Part shown: in pieces, positions 1 through 13,600 of the stretch
Position numbering within the stretch: the stretch's first letter is position 1
Layout: each line of letters begins with the position of its first letter
NCBI GenBank assembly: GCA_046563655.1
Contig: CM102289.1
Location: forward strand, 1,736,001-1,800,000
Source: Yuukianura sp. NJ FZ-2021
Lineage: Eukaryota
Length of the DNA stretch: 64,000 nt
Reading direction: 5' to 3'
Position numbers and translations under genes: made by a program
The notes under the pieces: generated by a model
Database searches by the model: none
What the model was told of the DNA's origin: nothing
What the model saw: the letters and a program-made list of their open reading frames with translations, nothing else

Positions 1-1615
1 AAGAAAAACTTTTAAATTTTCCCGCCTGCTGCGAGAGTTGAGCAGAGGGCTGGAGGAGAGATGAGATAGATTCCAAACGTCAATTATAGGCGAGTTTAGG
101 GTAGGGATTTATTGAGAAAAGGCCAAAAATCCTGTCTATGTTCAAACTACGCGCTTTTGTGTACGCTACACTCCAACGTCCCCCTTCACTGATAAATTAC
201 CTCATTTAGAATTGAGCCAATCTTCGCTTTCCCTTTGTACTTTCGACAGCACAAAACATAAAAGCAAACGGCTCCTTCAAACCACACGCAGAAAGTTTTC
301 AATAAAAAAAAGTCACCAATTGAAAAACTAACTTCATTAGGTGTAGCGTTTGAACTTTCAAAATACCCGATTTTATCAAAAACATTCCTGAAATTTCGAT
401 AAATATTCAGGTTTCGGACAACAAATTTCGCCCGTTGGTTTCATTGAGGAGCTTTTTGTCATCCCTGCTTTACATCCAAATTTTTAAAGGCGTTGCCAAA
501 TTGTTCCAATGCTTTGAAAATTTGAAAAATATACGCTGGAAATGTTCAAAATGCATTGTTGCCAAAATGTTTAATGCCCGTTGTTACCATCATGCTCAGC
601 CTGCATTGTTGCCAACTGTTGGAAATACATTGTTGCCAAAAAGTTTAAGCTCCATGGTTGGCAACATGTTCAAGGTATATTATCACCGAAATAGTTCATT
701 CGCACTGTTGCCAATACCTTCATGGTTCATTGAAGCCAAAATATTTATGGTACGTTGTTGCCAAGTAGTGCGAAATTTCTGAAATTGAAAAATTTACTTC
801 ACCCCAGGTTTTATTTGCTTGAATGTTGGCAACAGAAACCACAATGTGCACACAGACGTTGAAAAATTGCAAACGGGATTACTTTTTGTTTGTGTTGCAA
901 AAAGCTGTACTACTTTCACAAGTAGTTTTCAGAAAATCAGCTAAAATGGGTCTGAATTTTTCATTAGGCTGAGAGCCCATTTTCCCGAGGAAAAAGTTTT
1001 TGACAGCAGAAGATGAAAGGAAGTAGTGAAGGAAGAGGATGATGATCTCCATAAGAAATCAATTGTTTCATTTTATCAAAAGGAAGAAACACGAGAATGT
1101 CTCAATTCTGCGTGGAGGAAGATGTTTATTAGAAGGAATCAGAGAAAATGGCATTATTTGGTTTCATAAATAAATATTAGATGGAGTCTTGGATACTGCG
1201 CAGCCCTCTTTTACTCTGAATACACTTACTGCGCAGCTTCTCATTTCCAATTCAAAGGCAGCTGAGAATTGTTGGTTTTTCGTAGGAGATAAGCTTCATA
1301 CTATTACTTTTTTCTGTTTTCGGGGTGTCTTTTACTCAAAGTAAAAGTAAAAGTCCGAGGCGGGAGAAGAAGCAGATGCCCGGTTCTGGTGGGTGGGGAG
1401 CGGGAGAGTGACGGGGGCGGGGGAATGTGAGAAGGGATAAAAGGCTGGAATCTGTTCTGGGCCATTTGAGTAGAGTGTTCCTGTGGCGGCAAAACCCATT
1501 CTTGCATAAATGCTCACCTTCCTCTTCCCTGGTCCTTTTTACACGTATCCGGACACTTGCAAACGGAAACTTGTGTACCGGAACACTTACAAACAAGAAT
1601 TAACAAACAAAACCC

Positions 1616-1830
1616 CAGTGCTGCTGGATGGATAAAATGTTTCTTCCACTCTCCTCGCAAGTGCTACCACTTTCGAGGAGAGTGGAAGAAACAGTTTCTA
1701 TCTGGATTTTATTGGTTTCTTCCGGATGAAACACAATTTCGTCCAGTGGAAACTGGATTCTGTCCGGATTTATCTATTTATCCAGTGGATGAAATCCTAA
1801 AACCGTTGCTGGATATATTCAGCAACACTG
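1616..1830. mobile_element. hAT-like MITE (215 bp)
   Basis: Terminal inverted repeats CAGTGCTGCTG (1616) / CAGCAACACTG (ends 1830). Near-perfect 8-bp flanking duplication caaaaccc / caaaactc. Internal TCCAGTGGA/TCCGGA motifs recur in a related element at 38706-39167. Confidence 0.65.
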
Positions 1831-4659
1831 CAAAACTCCCACCCAACAGAATTCCTAGACATCCACTGGTACATTCCGTCCAAAATTTTCCGTCCATAGA
1901 TTTAGCTGTCCATGGATGTCCGTCCATGAGTGTTGGGGAATGTTGAAAAGACAAGGGAAAGTGCGGGGCATAAAGGAAAGTCAACTGGAGAAAGCAAAGC
2001 GTCATTTCCACGTCTATGAGTCCAAGACAACGCTTTACGACTTCCGGCTTTATCTACCGCGGCATGGCGCGAACCGCAAGCCACACGACAAACGCCCGGC
2101 AAGGTTCAAAACTTTCAAAATTTCCCTCCCCCGCCATGGCGCCTTCAATTCAAAAAGTTTACCTCGTGTCACTGTGAGTGCTATTCCCAAAATCAGTTTT
2201 GATTTGAATCATGATCTCCCTCCCGCGCTTTTGTACTCAAAACTTATTCTCTTGTCTCCTGTCAAACATAAGTTCCCACACTTCAGTCATTGTCTGTTTC
2301 CATTTTTAAATCATGCGCACTTGACTGCATGTATTATTCAAACAAGTGCACTTCCCCCTCTCTTCCCGCGATTTAAAACTATGTTCAAAATGCATTATTG
2401 TGAAATGCATATTCATGAATAAGAAGAGCCTTTAAGTTAAGGAGGGGAAGGTGAAAGCTTGTAAGTTTGAAGAGCATTTTTCGAGTCTCTTTTTACTAGA
2501 TTTTATGAGGCATTTCAAGTGGAGTGGCGCTCAAAAACTTCAAAAGTGCTCCAATTCATAAAACCTGGTGAAGCACGTTATGCTTTTCGAAAGAAAAAGA
2601 GCGCCATATTTCCGTTGTTAGGCGGAAAATGCTTTTACCCTCTGTTTTCTGATGCTAAAATTTCAAAAGTTCTTAATCCCCGTCCTCTGTTTTTCAAAAA
2701 CCAAAATTATCTCCTGAACTAAGCGCTCCAATTATTCTAAAGTAATAAAACAAAAGGACTCTCTGTTTCCAGGATGGATTTGGTTGCTAAGGGATGAAGT
2801 TTGAGTGTAGATAATTCCAGGATATTAGGCTAACATAAACCCTATAATTATCTACAACCATCTTCCACTGCCGCCACTTGGATTCGAACCCACAACTACC
2901 ACACAATGAAGTTGAACAAAGGGGAACAAGGTTACGACGATACTTTCAAAAGTTCCCTTGGTTGTTGTTCCCATCATGCCACATGCATTTTTGAACAAGG
3001 AAGGTTGAAAAAAGCTGTTTCTTAAAAATTTAAAACGAGCAATTCACATTCATTCTACGCAATAAATTTGTTTGTGTGAAGTTGAACAAATCGAACCAGG
3101 GTTTTGCAGTGCCCCTCTGGGCAAGCAGGGTTTTAACGCAAACAAAAAATGAAAAATTGAACTTTAGTTCACGTTTGTTAAAAAACACGTCTGAAACCCA
3201 CACACAAAATTCGCATCGTGAAATTACCGCGTGCAGTTTTCAAAATTCAAAATTTAGAATTTTTTTTATGCTTCTGTGCTACTTTTGCTGTTTTTTTTTT
3301 GTCCCAGCGGTGTGCAATGGTTAGTGATACAACGAGACTTCAAAATTTCAAAATTTCCGCTATTTTTTTAAAATGGAGCATGAGGAACCCTGGACAGTTG
3401 ACTCTAATTTGTGAAATGAAAGACGTATTCTTTTTCCTGCAACAAGAGAAAGGTGGATCCAATGAATAAAAAAGAAGGTTAGGATGAAGAAAAAGTTAGG
3501 TTATGTTAACTTAACGTAACTGAAGTCTTGTGATCGCATGCAAGACTCTTTTTGCACACCCAGCAACCGAAGTTGCCCAAACGTGAAAAATACCGTTTCC
3601 TCGCTAAAGAAAAAATCGATTTCACTTTTGACCAACTCTGTTGCCGGGCTTTCCGAGTTGGTGGATACGAGAGTTCTTTCTAGTCCAGAAAAAACTCATG
3701 CAGAAAATGATTATGCTGCAGAAAATGAAGGGTTGGCGTGCACTTTTCCAATAATATGACCAACAACATTTCTCAATTTCACAGCTCCACAGTTTGAACT
3801 GGAAGAGCAGGACTAAAGAAGGGGCATAAAAAGTAACACCTCATAAAAGGGTGGGTGCAAGAGTGTAGGCTTGTTCCAACCAAAATCATAAACTGAACAG
3901 AACATGACCAAAAGTACTAAAATTCTAAATTACAAAATAGTAAAACGAAAATAGTGACAAGGGACACGAGAGTTCAGAGGGCACAACACGCAGCACCGAT
4001 TCACGAAGACGACGAAAAAAGTTCAACTTTCGAAGGAGAAAAAAAGTATTTGAAAAATGCCAAAGAAAATATCGTAACTTTGGAAAACGGAAAAAAGAGG
4101 AACAAATCTTCTCAACTCCACTAAAACTTTTGAAAATTGACTAAAGTCTTAAACTTTGTTGGTTTCTGAAGAACTTTCTCAAAAACCTAAAGCCTCAACT
4201 GAATTAGGTTATAGGTTAACCTAACTAACCTAATATGGTATAGCTGATAGCCTAACGGTTAGGTTTACAACGTAACAAAGTTAGTCCCTAGATGTAGGAG
4301 GCACTTTTTATGAGGCGTAACGGGGGATTAATCAATAACGGTAACTTGAGGCTTAAACTCGCAGTGTTTCCAGGATCGTGTCAAATAAACTCGTTAATTG
4401 CTTGATGATTAATTAATTTGGTTCGAATAAGATCAAAAGTGAATGACTTAACAAAAACTACCCTAACAAAATGACTAGCTTAACAAAGAAGCGAAAGTTT
4501 AGCGTCAGTAGCTTTTAATATTGATTCTCTTTAAACAGACTTTATAGTTGAAGTGGCAGTTGAAAAACTCTTTCAAAGTTTCAAAAATTCAAGACAATTT
4601 TTTTGAATTTTTCATGTTATCAACAATTTGGCACCAAATTTTGAAACGTCTAAACTTAC

Positions 4660-7600
4660 TTGTCATAGAAAAGAAATTTGTCTTCGTGACTCTCGAGACA
4701 GATTCCCTTGGTGGCAATTGACTTTTGATCGATTCCAATTGCTTGCAAATTCAAACCAGACTGAAACCAGCGTCCATGCCACGACGTCGGAAGGGCACAT
4801 CCACCTGCAAATAACAAAGTTTCATAAATTTAAAAAAAATTCATCAAAAAATTAAAAAAGAGTTAGGAAATTTCATCAAAATTTTCACTAATTATACATA
4901 TAATTTTTTTGTTTTTTTCTCACATCGTTTCTTTTCATTTTTTTTTCATTTTCACCCGATTTTCTTTTGTTCTAAGCCACAAACTCTGCAAAATTTTGTG
5001 TTTACTGTGTTTAAAACTCATGCGCAGTAAAAATGAAAATGAAAGCATACTGCAGTTGGCAGAGGCATAAAGTAAAAATGATGTTGAATAGATTCAAAGA
5101 AGAGGTTCAATTAAGAGTTAAGGGCCCTCTCTGCTCCCTTGTCTTCGCATCATAACTCCCGCGCCCTCCATTTTCATCTTTCTTAATGCACTTCATAAAA
5201 CCAAAGTTCCAGAAGCAGAAGAACAGAGACTGAATGGTTATGAGGAAATTTAGAAAATATGCTTATGACATCCTAAATTAAAAACCATCAACATATACCA
5301 CAATGACATTCTCAAACTTCAAATTTCAAATTTTACCACCTTAAAAGGCCTCAAACACATTTTATTAGTTTTTTTTATTAGTTATTATTAGTAAAAAGCC
5401 GCTCCCCTCGGGCTCGAAGCCCATGGAGCCAAAATCATTTGCCTCAAACGGGGTCACAAGGAGTTCGAATTATAGGATCACACAGTAGAAAATAGAATTT
5501 GCTTAGTAAGGCTAAATGTACTGCTAGATTATGGTCACATTTCTAAGAGGTGATTATTCTAAAAATGTGATGCGCGTTGCAATGATCGGGTTCACTGACG
5601 TGGAAGGAACACTGTTCAAAGTACAATTTTCAGCTTAAATTAGGACTACATTGGAATGTGATGGAAGAAGTAAAAGTACAAATTTGAATGAGCAAGGATT
5701 TTAGACTGGAATGACGGCACCATCCGGGTCCACGGTGAAAGTTTTGATTGACTTGCCATTAACCATGGTCATCTTCCCTTGTCGGATCTCAAATCTGGCA
5801 CCGGGATGATCGTTTCTTAGGTTTTTTCTGGCGGCTCTCAAAATTCCCTCTTTTTGACGGTCCATCTTTGTTCTTTCCGGGTTAATAAAAATTTTCTTCA
5901 GAAATGGATCATTACGCTGTTGCGACTTTCGTTCCAAAATAGTGTACTTGTCTCGCTCGCGCAGTAACTTCACTTGAACAAGTCTGGCTCTGTTGGTCTT
6001 CCTTCCCAATCTTCGGCATTGGCTAAAGTCAAGCGATGAAAGGTTCAATTTTTGAAAAACTGTTCTAACGATTTGGTGTAGGTCCTCAAATGATTCTTCA
6101 TTTCCTTCTTCAAGTCCGGCGATAATGACATTTGCTGCAATCAGTTTCTTATTGACGCGATTCAATTCTTCGTCAATGGCTGTGAGTCGGTTGTCCACTG
6201 CGATCGGGTCAATAGTGTCGATGCCCTTTAATTTTTCCCACATCGGTTGCCATTCTAGGAATTGCTGCACTAAGAAACGCATTTGATCTTCTAAAGTGCC
6301 TGAGAGAGGATCGACGCTCTGGATTAAGTCCTTATTTTTCTTGTCGTCATTGGTCAGCGGTGACGAAGCGGGACGTTTTAGCGAAGATGGCTGTGATAAA
6401 TTCGGGTTCGACGAAGTAAGATTGGATCTTGAGCTCGATTGGGAATTGTATTGGTTCATGGTCGGGGAGCGAAGCAACTTTGACATGTTCACTATTGTAA
6501 CAAACTTAATTGTGCTTTGATTTAGTAACTGTGATTAAGGAGAGTATAAGGAGAGTAGCAGTAATATGCGACTGTCTCCGTCAGGATCTCAAATCGAACT
6601 CAAACACATTTTAAAAAGACTGCCAAAACAATTTCACCTTGCCATCAAAATTTAAAACAAAAACAGAGACAGCACAGAGATCAACTTCTTGGAAATTTTT
6701 TTTGGGTGTGCGCAAGTAGCGTAAGTAGTTTTCGGTGACTTTTTTTTGGTTTTGAATTTCAAACACTTACATCGCTGCCAGTAAATCCTTTCACCCACTC
6801 TCCTTCGCTGCAAAAGTGTCAAATATTATTTTGTCCCTACCAAGTGAACTCAGTACCATCGATTTTAAAAATCCTCTTTCTTGTAAAACTAAATCTGATC
6901 TTTTTAAGTTCTTTCTACATAGACAAACTGAATTAACAAATTCACAAATTGCTAATGAATTTGATGAATCCTTCTCTTGACTAAACTCACAATTTTACCT
7001 TTTGTTTCCTCTTTTTAACAACATTATTGTCATTAATTTTAACCTTAAATTTAATTTTAATTTTAAACTCGCCTGATGAAGTGACTGAGGTGTAATTGCC
7101 TGTTTATACAGGGTACTTTCAGAATAAACAAACAAACAAACAAACAAACAAACAAATTTAATAGTTTCAGAATTTGACAAAAATATTGTAGTTTTTTGTT
7201 CGCTTTTTTTTGTTGATGAAATTTTATGCGGAGTAAGAGTAGCTGAAAATTAGGCTCCGTTTGTGTGCTGTTTGAATTTGAAAGGAAAAGCAGCTGGAGA
7301 GATCCTGCTGCTGCGTTTGAATTGAAAGTGGAATGAAGCTGTAAACAAGCCTTTTCTGGTGAATTAAGTCCCTATACATAAGGATCCTATGGATTCTGAC
7401 TGACATCCTCCTAAATCCGTCTTTGTTGACAATTTTGAAATTGGTCCCTCCCGCCAAGCACCAGACACAAACAATACTACGAGCAACCCAGCGGTTTTCC
7501 ACATAATTTCCCAGGGTGACCCAGTTAAACCCAGAAATGGGAAACGGGAGGTCATCTTCCAATTACGCAACTCTCTCAGTTTCTATGTCTACCCCAGGCA

Positions 7601-10600
7601 CACTGTTGCCAGTGACAACATAATAAGCACAGAGTAGAGTTCAATGGAATTTAAGAATTTTCATCGATTTTCATCACTGTCTACTTTTAGTCGAGTATTC
7701 ACCAGCAACTACTCAACATTTTAAACTGCTTGCTAAAATAAATTAAATTTCAACTGGATTACTAACTATGAGTTTAGCTTTTAAAAATTTGTTTTGTGAA
7801 AAATTTTCAGAATTTAAAAGAGAACTTTTTTTTTGTTGTTTTAATCAACAAGTGATTAATTTACAACAATCTTCGAACTTCGCCCTCTTGTTCATCTAGC
7901 CTCGCTCTCCGGTCAGTTTTCGTTTTTGAAATTCCCGCTACACTCTGGCTATGGTTTCCCCTTCCACTACTCAGCCGAAGGCAACCACAAATGACAACTT
8001 CCTCCAAATTAAAAATAACATCTCGTTTTCCAAACTCTGCTTTCGAGATAACATGGGTTTCCAAAAAATGAAAAACAAGATGAAACTACTACTACATTTT
8101 GTGTGACATCATCATTAGCAATTTTGGTAAAACTGTTCATCTGTCACCACAAATATTTTCATTGCTCGTGTTTAGGCATTGTCTAAATTTTTATTATTTT
8201 GAGCACTTTAAAATATTTTTCGAAATATTTTTGTGTTCTACTTTTTTTTAATTTAACATCCAAAGTGTGTCATGTCGGCAGAACTGGGAAGTTTTAAGTA
8301 GCGCAAAAGTTTTTCCTATTCTTTCTTATCGCCTTCAACTTTCAAATTTAACCTGGATGGTTCTGTTAAATTGAAAAACTACATGTTTAAAATATTTTCT
8401 TTTGAAATTCTTTTTCTTTTCGGAATCGGAGTATCGAGTTAAGACCTTGGTTTGGTTGCTAAGCAGTGTTGGCATGATCACTTTTCGGAGAAATATGAAA
8501 CAGAGAGTCCTTGGATACGCGAAACCAGGAGATGAATAAGAGCTTGATTTTTCAAAAAAAAAAAAAATTTTGTTGAAAGTAAAGGCTGAAAGAAGCTTCT
8601 TGTACCAGTTACTAGTTAGGTCTCCCTTAGATCAAAAGAAGCGACGAAAGAAAGCACAAGAAGAAAATGAATTCCCATGAAAAGCTTTTGAATTAATTCC
8701 GTGTGTCGAATCTTAAGATGAAATGGAGAAGCGTACACAGTTCACAGTTACCAGATTCCAACTTTCTCTTAAGAAAAGTTTTTTTTCCTACATTTTTTTC
8801 AGTTTTTGCGTCCAAAACTAACAAACCCTATTCACTTTCCAACTTAATTTAAAGAATTGCCTAATTCCAAGAAATTCTAAAACAAAATGAAACAAAAAAA
8901 ACTAAATCCGAAACTACAAAACGAGCCAAAAACTCCCATCAAATCAGAGACGTCAATGACTGGGTTGCAACTAACCAACTAAAATTTCAAAAACCAGTAG
9001 TACATGTAAAACAGGTAGCACGAAAGCAGATTTTTGAATGTAAATATTCAATTACTTTTCAAAATATTGAAATTCTAAAAAAAATTACACTGCAATTTGG
9101 AAACTTCAAGGAAGTTCTAACGTAGTCGACTGTGATTAGCTCTTAATAGAGAAATAAATATTTCCTCCTAGAACAAAAATACAGCGCTGGCAGAAAACTG
9201 TAAATTTTTCAAATTAATTGCCCCAACAAAACCCCACTAAGCACTCTGTTTTCTTTTTTTCAAAAAGGAATTGCCAAAAAAAAACTCAACTTTTTTGAAT
9301 TTTGAATTGAAAAGGGAGCTCCCACACAGTCCTTAATCCCACTTTGTCTGGCTCCCATTCAAATTGCACGGAAAATCCCGCCATTTTCCTTTCTCCATCT
9401 TTATTCCTCTGTATTTCCACTTTAACCTAATAGAGACGAAGGGAACGGAGGACTTTAATCCCACTCAAATGGATTCGAATCCCTTCAAAAGAAGAAACAG
9501 GGCCCGCGTATTTTAAAAATCAAAGTTTAAATCCTTTATGTTCAATCTGCCCCGTAATCCGCCTGTTTTTCCTTTTAAAATTTCAACTTTTGTTTTGGAG
9601 CAAAGAGATTTTGAAAAGTGAAAAGTGGTAGATGGGCTGAAGTGATAGAAATGATGAATTTGGTGAGTAGTTGAAGTGTTTCAATTATGGATGTGGATTT
9701 GGAATGTCAAAGTGTCCACTCCAGTTGACAGAACAGGTTCAAATAGTCGAATATAAGCCGTTTGAGAGAAAAAATTCAAAAAAGTGGGAAAAGTTGAAAA
9801 CAGGAGAGATTTTTATCTTGATGAGGAGCATAGGGAAGAAGAAAAGGAAAAACGTAAAGGATAAGAAGAAATAAATCTTTCGACGGTTGGATGCATCTCG
9901 CTCCTTCAGTCAGCACCAACAACACTCAACACCCTGCCAAGACGAGAAACAGACGTCGGCGCATTAAGTCCTCACCCAACATACTAAATTATTCGTGACA
10001 TTTCGCTCACTTTTGGTTTTAATCACTTTAAACTCGATTAGAATCACAAATTCCAAAAGTATGCTCGACTTTGACATAAGTTTTCATGAAAAAGCTGAAA
10101 ACAGACGCAAAAATTTAGTCACCAAATTTTACGCTTCTATTAGCCACCATCAGTTACGAAACTTCTGATTTAAATCACTGTAAATATTTTGACTTTAAAA
10201 GAAAAATTGAAATCGCAGTTAAAAAATTTTTTTTTATTATTGATTAAAATATGAAAGTAGGCAGTTGAATTCCAAAGTAAACGATAGGTATAATTAAAGT
10301 GTTTTCATCAAGTGATAGAAATGTGATTTTAATCGATTAAAATTTATACCGAGGACAGAAAGTTCGAAAGCTACGTTTGTCATTGACGTGAGTAATGTTT
10401 GAAATAATTCTTCAAATCCGTGGTGCATAACGACTGGCGAAGCTCCTCGTTAAAAATTTCAAGTGAAAACTCCATTTCCTTCTTTTTTTGAACGGAAAAG
10501 CTGGACGTTTTTGAAACTCGGCGCTTTTTTTTACAGAACAGGAAGAACTGGACACGTTTGAAACTCGGCGCGGCAGATTTGAAGTGGTGTCAGGAAAGGT

Positions 10601-13600
10601 TTCCTTTCAACGTGAATCAGATGCGATCCACATGTGTTGACATGGCAACCACTTCCATCTGCCTAACAGCCTTTCAGCTCCAAGTCCACTTCCACAAAAA
10701 TACATGCACTAAACTTGTCACTTGTCACCACTTTTACCTTCTGGCGCTCAATTTAAAATATTCATGTCTTCATAACCAAGTCATGAAAGTTTTTTTTTAA
10801 AAGCGTGTGGCAAAGTCATGCTGCTGAAAATTTTCGGCTCTTTCTCGCCAGAATCCAGGAAGATTTTTGTTTTTAAATTCAGCCGTTACCACTTTAGGTA
10901 AACAAAATAAAAATGGAACGAGGTCTGCTCTTTTCGCAGAATCGACTTTTCTTTTAAACTTTCGTTCCAGTTTTAAATTTCTTGTTTAAAATCCTTAAAA
11001 CCGAGTTTAGAAGAAGACGTTTTAATTTCCTGGAAGGCGAGACGTGAATCTTCCTAAACCTGAGAGTGCCAAGAATGTTTTCTATCTCACCGAATTTTCG
11101 GAGGATAAAGGCGAGAAGTGATTGGAAAGTGAGTGAGAGCGTGTGGAGAGTCATTAAGAATCTTAGGTTAGGTTAGACATGCCCTCACTCTTCACTTCTC
11201 ATGCCCTCAAAATACCTTACATAAACAACACACACTTATCTTATACGATTGTCTTTCAAAAAATATCGTCTAAGTTTGGAAAAAAAAAGTTTTGTAAAGC
11301 TATTTCCTAGGGCAAGCATTTTGAAAAAAAGTATCCAAATTCTTAGGAAATTGAAGTTATTCTATATGAAAAATTTTTTCATGTCCTTCGCTACTTCTGT
11401 ATAACCAAAAAAAAATTGAAGATTTGTTATAACAAAGTTGTGAAAAACATCTAAAAAAAACTTACAAGTTTCATTTAATTTTTATTTGAACAGATAAAAA
11501 GTACATGTAGAATACAATTGAGCATGTAGCTGGACTCTGGAACACGCTGATGTCCTGGAGGTTGAGATAACGAGCTAAATGACCTGACGTGGACATGACA
11601 TCATTCGATTCTCCCGGTAATGCTTTAACTCAATTCAGAGAAATGGAATAAATGGAGTTAGAGTTTGGCATGGCGGGAGAATCGAACTTTCCTTTTCGTT
11701 TCATTTGACCTAATGGCCCTTCCCCTTTCTCTCATCACACCATGGAGGAACAACTGGGGCCTCAACACAAGAAAAGTTTTCTACCATTTCCTCATCCCAT
11801 TCAAATCCAAATCACACTTTCTCACCCTCCCCCCCCCTAACATAACACTCCTGCAATATGCAATTGGTAAGTGCTGGGAAGGGGGCGGGGTAGTGTGACG
11901 GGTACGTACTGCACGGGGGTGCATTGGATTTTGAGACAGTTTGAGGACACTGAAATTTATAGACTTGTGTCTCCCCTCACTTTCACTTTCTCTTTACTTT
12001 CACTTTTTCAGCTCTCAGCTCCATTTCAAATCTCCCTCCAAAAAAAGAGAGAAAAAACCGAACGTTACGAAGAAAAGGAATCCTCGAGAGTATTTTCAGC
12101 CGAAACTGAATTCCCCCCACACTCTCCTCCCCCGCATAGCATGACAAACTTTACAAAGCCTCTACCCCCCCCCCTATTTCTAGACCCCTCCCCCTCTTCC
12201 AGAACCCCCCCCCCCCTTCTTCTCCACCCACCGCACGCCCTAACAGTGTTGGGCAAATAGATGAAGACGCAGGTGTGTAGAGGATCCAAAGTAATAAGGG
12301 AATTATTTACTTTCACCGCATCTCCTACGCAAAGTAAACACAAAGAAAATACGATTTAAACGAAACAGACACCCCCACAATTCGTTTTGTGAAGCACAAA
12401 TTTTAAATTTTATGCCACCCGGAAGTAAAATCCAAAAAAAATTCTCGCAACTCCACAATACAGCTAGCTCAATTCAGACTTTACAATTTTGAATGTCAGA
12501 ATTACGTAAAATTAACCGAACTACTACTCCGCATCATTCAGCATATTCAAAACGGGCATTAAAGTCACAAAACTTTTATTTTATGACTAAATTTTTGTAG
12601 TTCAAATTATGAAAACAAAAGAAAGCTGTTAATTTTTTAGAATAAATTTTGAAAATGGGTTTTCAAAGTTTCCTGCCCAGAATAAATATTTCAAAAGTAG
12701 AAAAGTAGGGTTTGACTGTGTTGAATTAGTGTTTTCCCCGCCCTTTTCATTATCATTCCATCTTCTCATTTTCCACTTTAAGTTCTCAACCTGTCAAAAA
12801 CCTCGTTAGAGCAGGAACAGATTCTCTTCAAACCTTCATCCGTGTGACACTGTCATAAACTCAACGCCTTCCAAATCCCCTCCTAAATTCAAAACTTCAA
12901 ATTTCAAAATCGTAAGCTTCCATCACAAAGATCAGCAGCCTCTCCCTCTTTTACAAAAAATTGAAGCAAAAACTTCAACTGTTGTTACAACTTCAACAAT
13001 GAAAAAAAAATGAACAAAAGCAACTTCTGAAGAAGCTGGTTTCAAATGTTACACATTTCACTTTTTCTGAAAATGTTTACAGCTCGAAAGCACGAAATGT
13101 ATTGCAACCATTCCAGTTTTTTATGGATGTTTTGTGAAAACAAAAACTCAAAAAGCCGGTTTTAAGTCAAAACTAAACCAGAAATTATCTAGATTGATCT
13201 AAATTCATTAAATTTTGAAAAGTTTGGAAAGCGAAACTAACTGCGCAGACTCTTCACGCTTATGGATTTTCCAGAGGTCATCTTCAGGGCATCTCCAGGA
13301 AGCTGTTCTAAAATTTTGAACAAGAAAAGAGAAGGAGGAGGGAACATTTGAAATATTTTGAACAAAGCATGTCACTGTCCAAGGAATTCCGTGTCTGCCC
13401 TCTACAACAATTGAACCTTAGCAGGAAACAGGCCTTTTCAAATTCAACTTTGGAATGGAAACCACCTTTAACCACCCTAAGGGCTCCGAATTTACGTCAG
13501 ACAGAAGGAGGCTTAAGGGCCCCCTTATTTGAAACTGGCACCAAAAAAATTTGAAAACTGGCGCCTTTTGTTCACTCTCTACCTTCAGCTCAGCTCTCTG

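Noticed and set aside
435..782. 115-aa ORF
   Set aside because: Non-ATG start, overlaps the GTTGCCAA motif cluster, and has no recognisable protein features.
1557..2422. 129-aa and 168-aa ORFs
   Set aside because: They overlap or adjoin a MITE, show no domain signature, and have no convincing splice context.
7224..7570. 112-aa and 68-aa minus-strand ORFs as extra exons of the large gene
   Set aside because: No recognisable motif and no clear flanking acceptor/donor pair.
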